This document shows positions 23,420 through 35,393 of a stretch of DNA of 53,110 nt, one piece after another. The notes beneath the pieces are model-generated. The model was not told the origin of the DNA. It did not search any database and saw only the letters and a program-made list of their open reading frames with translations. Numbering within the stretch: position 1 is the first letter of the stretch; each line of letters starts with the position of its first letter. Source of the DNA: Octopus bimaculoides (taxonomy: Eukaryota); NCBI RefSeq assembly GCF_001194135.2, contig NC_069004.1, positions 5,375,417 to 5,428,526 of the forward strand, in the 5' to 3' direction. Position numbers and translations under genes: made by a program.

Positions 23420-23705
23420 GAAGATCAGATAATGGTGATGGTTATTATTATTAGCATTATGAAGAGGATGCTGATGGTGAAACGAAGGTGAAGATTATTA
23501 TTATTATTGTTATGATGATGATGACGATGGTGGTGAAGGTGACGATGGCGGGGTGGGGGTTGATGTCGGTGTCGGTGATGACAACGATGGTTAAAGTGAC
23601 AAAAACTACGACAACGACAACTACAACAACAGCATGATGATGATGATGATGTTGATGGTGATGATGATGATGTTGATGGTGATGATGCTGAAGATGAAGA
23701 AGCCA
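23370..23705. repeat. (TTA)n and (GAT)n arrays
   Basis: Directly visible. Confidence 0.9.
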
Positions 23706-24123
23706 TCTAAAAGTTTTACCTCCGCTCAGCTGTCAACAAGATGTGATGAAATCCAAGATTAATTCTTTGAGTCTTGGCACTTGCAAGAATTCAAGAATTC
23801 TTCATTTTATGTAATGTCAGCATCGGTGGCGGCGGCAACAGCAGCAGCGGTGGTGGTGGTAGAGGTGGTGGTGATGTTTTTAGTTCTTTGTGTCGTTGTT
23901 GGTGGCGGTAGTGCAGGTACAAGTGGCAGCGGTTATGGTGGTGGTGATGGTGATGGTAGTGGTTTTTTTTTTTTTTTATGGAATTATTGAAGAAAGCTAA
24001 AAATGAAACAGTAAAATGGCTTCCACTTGGAATATTTTAATGAACTGAAGAAGGAACTTAGTAGGTTTGTCTCAGCAGTATTAAAAGGGAACTTGGGGGC
24101 TTTAGCGCCACCAAAAATAAAAA

Positions 24124-24163
<40 letters not shown>

Positions 24164-24947
24164 TTCCTATATATGTATATTTCCCAAATGTATGTATGTN
24201 NNNNNNNNNNNNNNNNNNNNNNNNNNNNNNNNNNNNNNNNNNNNNNNNNNNNNNNNNNNNNNNNNNNNNNNNNNNNNNNNNNNNNNNNNNNNNNNNNNNN
24301 NNNNNNNNNNNNNNNNNNNNNNNNNNNNNNNNNNNNNNNNNNNNNNNNNNNNNNNNNNNNNNNNNNNNNNNNNNNNNNNNNNNNNNNNNNNNNNNNNNNN
24401 NNNNNNNNNNNNNNNNNNNNNNNNNNNNNNNNNNNNNNNNNNNNNNNNNNNNNNNNNNNNNNNNNNNNNNNNNNNNNNNNNNNNNNNNNNNNNNNNNNNN
24501 NNNNNNNNNNNNNNNNNNNNNNNNNNNNNNNNNNNNNNNNNNNNNNNNNNNNNNNNNNNNNNNNNNNNNNNNNNNNNNNNNNNNNNNNNNNNNNNNNNNN
24601 NNNNNNNNNNNNNNNNNNNNNNNNNNNNNNNNNNNNNNNNNNNNNNNNNNNNNNNNNNNNNNNNNNNNNNNNNNNNNNNNNNNNNNNNNNNNNNNNNNNN
24701 NNNNNNNNNNNNNNNNNNNNNNNNNNNNNNNNNNNNNNNNNNNNNNNNNNNNNNNNNNNNNNNNNNNNNNNNNNNNNNNNNNNNNNNNNNNNNNNNNNNN
24801 NNNNNNNNNNNNNNNNNNNNNNNNNNNNNNNNNNNNNNNNNNNNNNNNNNNNNNNNNNNNNNNNNNNNNNNNNNNNNNNNNNNNNNNNNNNNNNNNNNNN
24901 NNNNNNNNNNNNNNNNNNNNNNNNNNNNNNNNNNNNNNNNNNNNNNN

Positions 24948-25015
<68 letters not shown>

Positions 25016-25571
25016 CATGAGAGAGAGTATGTATATATGTATATGTGTGTGTGTGTGTGTGTGCGTGAGAGAGAGTATGTATATATGTATGTGTGTGTGT
25101 CTGTGTGTGTGTGCGTGAGAGAGAGTATGTATATATGTATGTGTGCATTTGAGTATGTGTGTGGATGTATATATATTTATATCTATCTATCTATATATAT
25201 ATATATACATACACACACTCGCATATATTTGTATTATGTAGGTATGTATGCATATTATATTTGTGCCTAAGTGTACCACCATGTGTATCATCACGATCAT
25301 TGTTTAATGTTTATTATCCATTGGAAGGGCTCTGTGTGTGCGTATGTGCATGCGCATGATCACACCATGGAGTTTTAACCACTAAATGTTCATACACATG
25401 TGTAAGTGTATTCTATGCTGCATGTGTGTAAGAGAGAATTATGCAGATGCATTAATATTAGTGCATATAATGCACATGTGCAAGTACATGCATGTCTTTT
25501 TATCAGATGCACACATACACACTCTAGCAGTTCACTGCTTTTACTCATACACCCACATGCAAATATATATA

Positions 25572-25658
25572 GACACAGGCCTGGCTGTGAGGTTAAGGAG
25601 CATGTTTCTCAGCCATGTTGGTCTCAGGTTCAGTTCCTCTGCGTGGCACCTTGGGCCA
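25572..25658 (+). mobile_element. SINE family B head fragment
   Basis: ctggctgtgaggttaag...caggttcagttcctctgcgtggcaccttgggc. Confidence 0.75.
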
Positions 25659-25929
25659 ACCTATACCTTGTACATATGAATTTGTATGTGTGTGTGTATG
25701 TTTGTGTGTAACCTTCTCCAGACATCATATAATGGTCATTCACTGGAATTTCAATTTGGTTATTGTTTATATAACAAACCATAAAATAAATTTTCATTTT
25801 GCAAAACGAAACAAAACAGCAAGAGGGAAAATAATGTATATTTTTGTCTACTTCCATTTTATTTATATTTGAAAAATTTCTTCCTACTTTTTGGATTTTC
25901 AAAGTCTTTGATCAGATCCTCAAAATTAA

Positions 25930-26245
25930 TTGTTTAACGTCTGTTTTCCATGCTGGCATGGGTTGGACAGTTTGACTGAGGCCTGGAGAGCCAGAGGGCT
26001 GCACCAGGCTCCAATCTGATCTGGTAGAGTTTCTACAGCTGAATGCCCTTCCTAAAACCAACCACTCCGAGAGTGTAGTGGATGCTTTTTACGTGCCACC
26101 AGCACAGGAGCCAGTCAGGTGGGGCTGGCATCGATCACATTTGGATAGTGCTTTTTTACGTGCCACCGGTACGGGGAGCCAGTTAGGGGATACTGGCATC
26201 AGCCACGTTCGGATGGTGCTTTTTATGTGCCAGCAGCATGGCGTG
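25930..26245 (-). mobile_element. RTE-LINE 3' end (family A) with subrepeats
   Basis: tttaacgtctgttttccatgctggcatgggttgg...ttttacgtgccacc repeated. Confidence 0.88.
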
Positions 26246-26429
26246 CCCTGTGCCAAAATTTAAAAACCAGTATGTGTATGTGTGTGTTTTTAAATGTGTA
26301 TGTGTGTTTCAGCATATATAATTTGTTTTACATCTGTTTTTTCCTTGCTAGCATGGGTTGGGGGAATACATATTATTAAAGCATTGTTTGAATTGATGAC
26401 AGTAATTGTTTGATGGTGGTATGCTAATG

Positions 26430-26844
26430 TTGATGATGATGATGATGATGATGGTTGATGGCAGTGGTGATAGTTATGGTGATGGCATTGACTATTATTA
26501 TTATTACGATGATGATGATGATGAGGGTTAGGCTAGCAACAGTGATGACAATGAAAGTGATGCTGACAATGATGGTGGTGGTGGTGGTGATGATACCATT
26601 GCTGTTAGTGATGTTGGCGCTGTTAACAATGCTTTCACTGGAATTTCAATTTTGAAACACATTATGCAGAAAAACTCAAAAATCTCATCACCACAGCAAC
26701 CACCACCATCACCACCAATATCCCCACCACCACCACCACCACCATCACTATTATCAACACCACTATCACTACCACAATCACCACTGCCACCTCTGCTACC
26801 ACTACCATCACCACCAGCACCGCCGACACCGCCGCTATCATCAC
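26430..26844. repeat. (GAT)n/(GTG)n then (CAC)n arrays
   Basis: Directly visible; abuts the candidate exon donor. Confidence 0.9.
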
Positions 26845-26973
26845 CCTTCAACATAAGCTTTCGAGTGCTTTCGTAGGAGGAAAGTTTTTCGCTTATTGCA
26901 TTCCACTCATCCATCGATCTATGCACCCCAGCCAGCCATCTTCCCTCGTCCAACCCTTTGCTGCCATCAATGT
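26845..26973 (-). CDS. Candidate internal coding exon (129 nt, phase 1-1) of an unidentified protein: (D)IDGSKGLDEGRWLAGVHRSMDEWNAISEKLSSYESTRKLMLK
   Basis: Acceptor cgttctttctttctctcttttaag|, donor AAGG|gtgatg, open frame, high-complexity island inside microsatellite, in frame with the upstream microexon. Confidence 0.6.
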
Positions 26974-27066
26974 CTTAAAAGAGAGAAAGAAAGAACGAGC
27001 GAGTGAGAAAGAGGGAGAGAGAGATTAACGGCAGCTAGCTGACTTGTGTAACACAGATTTTCTTAC

Positions 27067-27087
27067 CCCAAACTAAGAATGGTAAAT
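27067..27087 (-). CDS. Candidate 21-nt coding microexon (phase 1-1): (D)LPFLVW
   Basis: Acceptor gatttgtctttgcag|, donor GGG|gtaaga, 93-nt intron to the next exon; only one joined frame is open and it is the frame of the 129-nt exon. Confidence 0.55.
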
Positions 27088-27199
27088 CTGCAAAGACAAA
27101 TCACTAAGAAGACAACAAAAACATCTATTTATCATTGAAAAGGTGAATGGTAAATGGTCGCCGCTTCCTTGTCTTCTTCTGTTCTTTAATTCTTCAGCC

Positions 27200-27900
27200 T
27201 TCTTTTTCTACACTTCTCTCTCTCTCTCTCTCTCTATGACACATATGTGCTTTCTCTCTTGCTGCCTCTCTAATTCTTTCTCAGTCTGTCGCTCTTTATT
27301 TTTTTGGCTCTTTCTCTATTACTTTGCCTGTCTATCAGTCAGCTTCTTTCTCTCTCTCTCTCTCTCTCTCTCCTTCATGTGCTCTCTCTCTCTCTCTCCT
27401 TCATGTGCTCTCTCTCTCTCTGTCTCTCTAGTTCTTTCTCTTCTGTCTCTCTTTATTTCTTTGACTATCTCTCTATTACTTTGTCTGTCAGTCAGCTTCT
27501 TTCTCTCTCTGTTTCATGTGCTTTCTCTCTATCTGTCTCTCTAGTTCTTTCTCTGTCTCTCTAGTTCTTTCTCTGTCTCTCTCTCTCTATTACTTTGTCT
27601 GTCTGTCTGTCTCTCTCGCTCATGTGCTTTCTATCTGTCTCGCAAGATCTTTCTTTGTCAGCCTCTCACTTTCTTTGACTGTCTCTCTTTATTTCAATGT
27701 CTGTCTCTCTCTATTACTTTGCCTGCTTCTCTCTCTCTCTCTCTCTCTCTTACATGCTTTCTCTCTGTCTGCTTCTCTCTCTCTCTTACATTCTTTCTCT
27801 CTATCTGTCTCTCTATTTGTCTCTCTATTTCTTTCTCTGCCTCTCTCTTTCGTCTCTCTCTTTCTCTTTTCTGCTTCTTTTTCACTTGTCTTAGTCTTGG
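27200..27900. repeat. (CT)n-rich tract with recurring CTCTATTACTTTG and TCATGTGCT motifs
   Basis: Directly visible higher-order units. Confidence 0.9.
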
Positions 27901-27988
27901 TTCTTCACTCTTCTTCTTGTAGTTCTGTCTTTTTCTTCTTTTCAGTTCAACAGAACTAAAAATAAAGTCTACATGCATACATACTCAC

Positions 27989-28042
27989 CCCCCCCCCCCC
28001 CACACACACACACTCCATGAATCCTGTTTTGCACAGATCTGT
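27989..28042 (-). CDS. Weak candidate exon (54 nt, phase 1-1): RSVQNRIHGVCVCGGGG
   Basis: Acceptor tatacttgcag|, strong donor |gtgagtat, frame compatible; but it contains (GT)n and G13, so it may be chance or UTR. Confidence 0.25.
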
Positions 28043-28109
28043 CTGCAAGTATAAGTAAATAAATAACTATATTTCTGTGAATGTTGGTAATTTTTGTCTT
28101 CAGTCTTCA

Positions 28110-28420
28110 AGTTCTAATGTCTTCATGCTTCTTACCTTTAAACTTGTGTCTTCCAATTCTTCAGTCTTCCAATTCTTCGGTCTTCCAATTCTTCGGTCTT
28201 CCAATTCTTCAGCCTTCCAATTCTTCTGTCTGCTAGTTCTAATGTCTTCATATTTCCTCAAACTCTTGTCTCTTAGTTCTTCAGTCTTATAATTCTTTGG
28301 TCTTCTAACTCTTCAGTCTTCCAATTCTTCGGTCTTCCTATTCTTCGATCTTCCAGTTCTTCAACCATCCCAACTCTTCAGTCTTCCAATTCTTCAGTCT
28401 TCCAATTCTTTCATCTTCTG
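28110..28420. repeat. 16-bp minisatellite, consensus TCTTCCAATTCTTC(A/G)G
   Basis: More than 10 tandem units; degenerate continuation at 28700-28870. Confidence 0.9.
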
Positions 28421-28479
28421 TCTTCAGTTTTATCTGAGGCGATCTCCTAGTTCTGCTTCCTGTCTTCTAGTTCTGTCTG

Positions 28480-28665
28480 AGACCAGCCTGAATTTATGAT
28501 AGAAATTCCATGTTTTAAACCCTTCATCAAAATTCCATATTAATTTTGTCCCAAACATCAACTTCACAGTAATAAAGTCATTTTAATAAATTCCTCATTA
28601 TTTTCCAAACTTAACTGAAACAAACACAATAAAATTTAACAAATATGGTATTAAAAGGACTAAAC
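28480..28665. mobile_element. AT-rich piggyBac-like MITE, partial
   Basis: Homologous in inverted orientation to 48748-48947 (tcattattttc.aaa.ttaa.tgaaacaaa...ttaaca.atat...aaagg). Confidence 0.55.
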
Positions 28666-29189
28666 ACTTGTCTCCATAATTTTTTTTTTCTTTGAACCAT
28701 TCTGTTCTCCAGTTTTGTCTTATAGTTCTTCAGTGTTCATATATCTTCTATCTTCATAGTTCTTCAGTCTTTGTAGTTCCGCTGACTTGTAGTTCCTCAG
28801 CCTTACAGTTCTTCTGTCACAGAGTTCTTCAATCTTCATCGTTCTTGTCTTCCAGTCCTTCTGTCATACACTTTCTTCAAACTTCTCTCTCTCTCTCTCT
28901 CCTCCCAACCTTCCACAACAATCTCACCTTTTTCTTGTGTTCTTCACCTTCCTCTACCATTCTCTTCTCCCCACCCCCTTATATACAGTTCCTTCTCTTT
29001 ATATGCACCATTCTCTCTCTGTATTTGACATATATTATTCTCTCATTATTAGATTTACAAAAGGTAAATTCTAAATAATGTTCCACAATTTCCATTTCAT
29101 TCCATTCTGCAACCATGTTCCTTCACTTTTCCATCAGTTTGCTTTAGTTTTTGATTATTGTGCTCTGACTGTAATTGATAATTGCTATA

Positions 29190-29361
29190 GTCTGTGTGTG
29201 TGTACATATATGTATATGTGTGTGTACGTGTGTGTGTGTGTGTGTGTGTACGTGTGTGTGTATACCTATTATTTTGTTTCTGGCATTGAGTTCACTTATA
29301 CTAATACTAATCAGATTTGCTGTTTATTGCAGAATTTTTTTTGGTGCAAGTTGTATGTGCA

Positions 29362-29395
<34 letters not shown>

Positions 29396-29705
29396 TGTCA
29401 GTATATTGTGTATGTATCTGTGTGTGTGTATTGTGTGTGCATGTGTGTCAGTATATTGTGTGTGTGAGTGTGTGTGTATTCTCTCTCTACTATTTGTGTG
29501 TGTGTGTGTCTGTATACTGTGTATGTATCTTTGTGTGTCTGTATACTGTGTATGTATCTTTGTGTGTGTGCATTCTCTTTGCTGTTTGTGTGTATGTGTG
29601 TGTGTGTGTATTCTCTCTGCTGTTTGTGTGTGTGCGTGTATGTATTGTGTATGTATTGTGTATGCATCTGTGTGTGTATTCTCTCTGCTGTGTGTGTGTG
29701 AATGT
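29190..29705. repeat. Compound (TG)n satellite
   Basis: Directly visible. Confidence 0.95.
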
Positions 29706-29979
29706 GTTAGTATCTTGTCTGATTTGGTTATATTTAAATGTCTCAACATCTGCTCTTTGTTCAATCTTTGCTGACGATCAACCCCACTATTTTTTTTTTC
29801 CTTTCAAATGACTCTCCTTTCACGACTCCCACTCCTTCACACCCTACATACAGTGTTTCTGCATGGCTGAGTCAGTCACCTAACCTGTTAGAAACAACAG
29901 CTAAATCTTCTCTCATGTCACACATTACCTTCTTAAATAGAGAAGTATACATTGATTATGTACTAATGAGAGATATACA

Positions 29980-30143
29980 GGTGCAAGCATGGCTGTGTGG
30001 TAAGTAGCTTGCTTACCAACCACATGGTTCCGGGTTCAGTCCCACTGCGTGGCACCTTGGGCAAGTGTCTTCTACTATAGCCTCGAGCTGACCAAAGCCT
30101 CATGAGTGGATTTGGTAGACGGAAGCTGAAAGAAACCCATCGT
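29980..30143 (+). mobile_element. SINE family B (tRNA head + CORE-like box), well conserved
   Basis: A box TGGCTGTGTGG, B box GGTTCAGTCCC, core CACCTTGGGCAAGTGTCTTC; probably one of the described octopus OR/OK SINEs (assignment unverified). Confidence 0.92.
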
Positions 30144-30449
30144 ATATATATGTGTATATATATATAAAGTTCAAATATTGAGGATGTAATTTCCTCGTAA
30201 GGAAAATGAATGAAATATCCACTATATTTCTTCTCCATTTTCTTATATTAACTTTATTATATATATATATACACACACACGCGCGCATACATGATACGAT
30301 GGGTAAATGGTCACCATTTCATATTTTAATTTCGTACATGTGCATTGTTTGTTTGAGATTTTGTTGACTACACAGTATAGTAGGGTCAGTTAGGCACCGT
30401 CTGTGAGAAAAAACAGCACCATGATGCAATTTACTCTGCTAGTTCTTGC

Positions 30450-30670
30450 TTGTTCCCACTGCTGCTTGATAAGTGGTGTTGGTGTATTTACATCCTTGTA
30501 ACTTAGCAGTTTGACAAAAGAGACTGATAGAATAAGTACCAGGCATTAAAAGAAAAAGAAAAAGATAATAATAAATATTGTTGGTGGGCGGTGAATTCGT
30601 TCAACTAAAAATTCTTCAAGGCTGTGCCCTAACATCGTTGCACTTGAATGACTTTGAAACTAATAAAAAT
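30450..30670 (+). mobile_element. SINE tail module D, degenerate
   Basis: ggtgttggtgtatttacatccttgtaacttagcagtttgacaaaagagactgatagaataagtacc. Confidence 0.75.
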
Positions 30671-30809
30671 AAAAAAAAGAATGAAAAACTAAAGACTTGT
30701 TTAGGGAAAACTGAATTAATAATCAGATAATATCAAAATAATAAACGTGTATTCTAAACCTCTCGAATGATCTATAAAATAGCAGTGCAGCAAATTTCAC
30801 TGACAGATT

Positions 30810-31055
30810 ACCAAGCGCCATTTGCAGCAGCTAACTAGCAGTAAACATTCAGGCTAGGTCCCATGGTGCATTCTGTTTACTCTGTCGCATTGACATGCTC
30901 TTTTGCATAGCTTTGTTGTAGCACTCAAGCAGCTGATGGCTTACGGTGACAGCAGTGCATTAGCTGCGTGTAATTACAGTATTGGTAGCTTGTACGCTGT
31001 CTAGATATAAAACCCTCTGCGATTGGCCAGCATGTGTCAGGTTGACCAATCTCGG
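30810..31055. promoter_or_regulatory. Possible core promoter/enhancer-like unique island
   Basis: YY1-like GCGCCATTTG 30815-30824, ATTGG 30981 and 31022, TATAAAA 31006-31012, CCAAT 31046; motif presence only. Confidence 0.25.
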
Positions 31056-31139
31056 TGATCTTTACAGTTAAAGGTAGTTTCCATGTGCCCCTGCTTTGTT
31101 TTCGGACTTTGAGTTCCTAGTAAAGTAAAGCTTTCCTTT

Positions 31140-31302
31140 CATAAGTCACAAGTTACTCTTCATCATCATCATCATCGTCATCGTTTAACGTCCACTTTCC
31201 ATGCTAGCATGGGTTGGACGATTTGAACTCAGAACACAACAGCAGATGAAATACCGCTAAGCATTTTGCCTGGCGTGCTGACGAATCTGCCAGCTCACCA
31301 CC
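31140..31302 (-). mobile_element. Chimera: family C SINE head joined to a family A (RTE) 3' end
   Basis: catcatcgtttaacgtcc...gggttggacgatt switches directly into tgaactcagaac...gcattttgcctggcgtgctgacg...cagctcaccacc. Confidence 0.8.
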
Positions 31303-31580
31303 TTTTATACATTCTAAATAATATAAAACTTTTCATTCACAAGTCCAAAGTTAGTCTGGAGGTTGCAGAAAATTAGGAACGTGTATCGTATATGGTGCAT
31401 GGATGCCAGGGAAATACGTAATACGCAGGACAGACAAAGGGTTAAACTGTGTGTTAAGCACACCATGAGAAGTCCTACTACCACTGCCATGCTGTGGAAG
31501 TGTCACAATGTATCTAAGAAGGTGGTACAAGTTTGAAGGAAAAAAGAAGGCTTGTTAATGATTATAAAAAAATAAATAAA

Positions 31581-31826
31581 TGTGCCCTTTTGAAGCCGAG
31601 CCAGGCTCATGGGCCGAGTTTCCTGATTTCAATAGCATATGTGTTCCCTAGCTGGATGGGACGACAGTCCATCGCAGCATTCCTCATTTTTGCCAGCTGA
31701 GTGAACTGGAGAAACATGAAATGAAGTGTTTTGCTCAAGAACACAACGCGTCGCCCGGTCCAGGAATCGAAACCACAATCTTACGATCATGATGCTGACA
31801 CACTAACCACTAAGCCACGCGCCTCC
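31581..31826 (-). mobile_element. Full-length SINE family G with V-domain-like core
   Basis: Reverse strand GGAGGCGCGTGGCTTAGTGGTTAG...GGTTTCGATTCC...TTGAGCAAAACAC...CTGCGATGGACTGTCGTCCCATCCAG. Confidence 0.88.
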
Positions 31827-31869
31827 ACGTTAATGATTATACTGATGTGGGCACACTACACATTAGCAA

Positions 31870-31985
31870 CAGATAAGGTTGGTGACAGGAAGGGCATCCA
31901 GCTGTACAAAATTCTGTCTTAACAAAATTTCGTCCGATCCATGCAAGCAAAGGAAAAGTGGATGGCAAAGCGATGATGATGATGA
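31870..31985 (+). mobile_element. RTE-LINE 3' end (family A), degenerate
   Basis: ggttggtgacaggaagggcatccagctgta...atccatgcaagc...gatgatgat. Confidence 0.75.
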
Positions 31986-33284
31986 GGATGATGATGATGA
32001 GGATGATGATAATGAGTATATAGCCATTTCTCTGATGGTACCAAGGTCCTGTCTTCTCTTCTACAAATACTTCTAGTCTTTGGTGAATTTTGCTCTAAGG
32101 CCTCTTGATTCTAGATTTTGTTGTCAAGGAATGGAAATGATATTAATGTGCAAATAACCTTCAAGGTGTGTAATTTTTCTTTGAGTGGATGTTATTGAAG
32201 ATAACAAGGTGTGGGAGAAGACGGTGGAAGAACACAGAAGACGGTGATACCACTTCATATCGGCTTGTGGTTTTGATCTTTATGAAGATTTATTGGTAAA
32301 TAGATCTCAGGATATACTTCAATAACTTGTGATGCTAGATATTGAAGATGATGATAGTGGTGGCGCTAGTGTAGGTGGGGGGGGGCAGTGGCGGTGGCGA
32401 TGGCGGTGTGCCTTTTGAAGAATTTTAATATATGATGATGGATGTAATAATAATTTTATTGAAATGTGTTAATAAAATTTAAACTTTTACTTTTTAATTT
32501 GTTTTTAATATGTATGTCTATGTATCAATGTGTATATAAGTACACGTATAGTGNNNNNNNNNNNNNNNNNNNNNNNNNNNNNNNNNNNNNNNNNNNNNNN
32601 NNNNNNNNNNNNNNNNNNNNNNNNNNNNNNNNNNNNNNNNNNNNNNNNNNNNNNNNNNNNNNNNNNNNNNNNNNNNNNNNNNNNNNNNNNNNNNNNNNNN
32701 NNNNNNNNNNNNNNNNNNNNNNNNNNNNNNNNNNNNNNNNNNNNNNNNNNNNNNNNNNNNNNNNNNNNNNNNNNNNNNNNNNNNNNNNNNNNNNNNNNNN
32801 NNNNTATATATATATATATATATATACATATTTGTATGTGTGTATGAATATATGTATATATGTGAGTATATGCACATATGTATTTGTATGTGTGTATGAA
32901 TATATGTATATATGTGAGTATATGCACATATGTGTTTGTAGATGTGTATATACACACACACACACACACACATATTTATTATGCTTTAGTAATCAATATA
33001 TACAATAAACATGTCACTTCCTTCAGAATCCAGATATTATCGCAACACACCTACTGGTACAATCAAATGAATTGCTATTTGGACAGAATGGCTTGGAGCA
33101 AAGGGTTAAGCAAACCAAATCTTATCCCATTGCTAATCTCAGAACCAAGACAGAATTTACTAATTAAAGAAAAATTCCTTCAGTGTTCTTAACACCAATA
33201 TTTCTAATATATTACATTACTAGTAGCAGAACCCAGACATATCTAGGTCTGTGAATTCCTGGAATAATTACCGTTTTATTTGTC

Positions 33285-33542
33285 CCAGTTCTCAACTATT
33301 TCTACTTATGGAACCCTTCGATTTCTGTTTTTCGGTGGATGGATCCTCAGAAGCATTCGATGTTTAAATATTCTTTTTATTATATTTTTTATAATTTAAT
33401 GTTTATTACAAATTGTGTAAAAAAATTTGTTAAAACATTTTGTGTGTTGAAGAAGTATAAACAGTTTATTGCAGATAAATTCTAACAACAAAATCTTGTA
33501 TTGAACCCCAAGGGCCGTATGGACTCTGGTTGAAAACCACTG
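33285..33542. mobile_element. hAT-like MITE
   Basis: Left cagttctcaac, right ggttgaaaaccactg (CAGTGGTT.TCAAC-type TIR), AT-rich interior. Confidence 0.55.
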
Positions 33543-33544
33543 AT

Positions 33545-34410
33545 CTGTCTGGTTGGCCAACCTCCTAGACAAATCATATTGGTCTTCCATTAGCTGTACT
33601 ATCTTACCTGTGCATGCCGTGACTCCAGGTGCTGTTAGGGTTTTGTCCACATTAACAGGGGTGGCCAGATCTGCCTCAATGCCATAGCAACTGAGGCAGG
33701 CAGGTGTAGCCCACCCCAACCTTTGGGCTGGCTGGTGCCCATTCTCCTTTGCTATAATGAGGCTTTTTTGGAGCTGGATTTTTTAGGGGGAGCATGCCCT
33801 TGCTTAACCCCCAACCTCAGTTTCTAGACATGAGTGGTCCTGATACTAAGGCCTCTACCATGATTTTTAAGAAATGTGGTGGAAAACTAGCTCAGGTAGG
33901 TAGGGACGCTATGTCTGAGACCCCTTTCAGAGCCCTCCTACCTATTTGATTCAATAAATTCATCTGCAAAAATAGTTCCCATCCATCATCCTACTTCTCG
34001 TGATTTCACTGTAACCCAGGCTCAGGTCGTGATTATTGGGAACTAGGCCTCCTTAAGGGTACACCTGTGATTTGGACTGGGGCTGTTTAATTCCTTATCT
34101 CAACTGGCTTCTATTTAGGTACTAATTTGGTGCTATAGCCAGGCCCCTTACAGATGTTACTCCTGATTTCAGAGCAACCGAGGCTTGGGTTGTGGGTATT
34201 GGGAACTAGGTCTCCTTCAGAGTACACCTGTGATTTTGTCTGGAGCTGTTTAATCCCATATCTCAGCTGGCTTTTGTTTAGGTGATAATTAGATGTTATA
34301 GCCAGGACCCTGACAGGTGTTACTATTCCTGGTCAGAGTAGACCTGGAAAAAGTAGTGGCTAACGAGTGGTTCTGCATTCCTCAAAACCCTGTAATCCTC
34401 AAATTAGGAT
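33545..34410. mobile_element. Unclassified GC-richer repeat-like block with a ~162-bp tandem duplication
   Basis: Units at about 34013-34175 and 34176-34340 share ATTGGGAACTAGG..TACACCTGTGATTT..GCTGTTTAAT..TATAGCCAGG..GTTACT; no recognisable ORF. Confidence 0.4.
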
Positions 34411-34445
<35 letters not shown>

Positions 34446-35248
34446 TAGATTATGTCTCCACTGTTGTTCCATAGCTTATCAGTTGTCTTCCAAACAAATG
34501 CATTTCATGTATTATAGATTATGTCTCCTCTTTTGCTCCATAGTTTGTTTAAAGCGATGGTTCCCCCACCACCGATCTTAATGCTGCAGTATGATGGAGA
34601 GATCAAGTACAAAAACACACACAAAAAAAAAAGAATAAAAAAATATTTATTGCAACAACATGAATATTAAATAAACCAAAATTATTGGTACACTGGAGAT
34701 TAAATAAAAACAGAATTAAACTCGGTTTTTAGAGTTGAAAATTGAAAGAATAAGTACAGAAAAAATATATTTTTTGTCTTTCTTACCTTTTTTTGTTAAT
34801 CATATTTTGTGTAACAGAATTATAAATAACAAGGTTTTGTTTTGTTTTTTTCAACACATTCAAAGCCTTAGCATTGAATTTTCTTAAACCTTAAACCATC
34901 ACCATCACCATCATCATCAGCAGCAGCAACATTATCATCACCACCCCCATCATCATCTTCATGGCATTGTGATGCTTTCATAGATCTACCAAAATTTGTT
35001 GAAGCTTACCTTCTGCACCTGGATGCCCTTCCTGTCACCGATCCTCGCCTATTTCCAAGTGAAGGGACACTGCACTTGATGGCACGAAAGACCCAAGGGC
35101 AAATGTGAGGCACCCCAATATCATGTGTATATTCAAGAAAGAGAGCACACGGGATAAAATTATCTTGTGGGGAGACCCAACTTCACATACACGACCCAAA
35201 GTGATTTTTGAGACATTCTTCTGGAAAAAAGAAAAACGTGCATCTTAC

Positions 35249-35393
35249 CATCATCATCATCATCATCATCATTTAGTGTCCATTTTCCATGCTGGCATGG
35301 GTTAGACAATTTGACTGGAACTGGTAAGCCAGAGAACTGCACCAGGCCCCAGTCTGGTTTGGCATGGAAGGCGGATGTTAAACGATGATGACG

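Noticed and set aside
23729-23788. 60-nt minus-strand exon candidate (donor GAG|GTAAAA)
   Set aside because: Weak acceptor; open only in phase 2, and phase 1 hits a stop, so it does not fit the phase-1 chain as an internal exon
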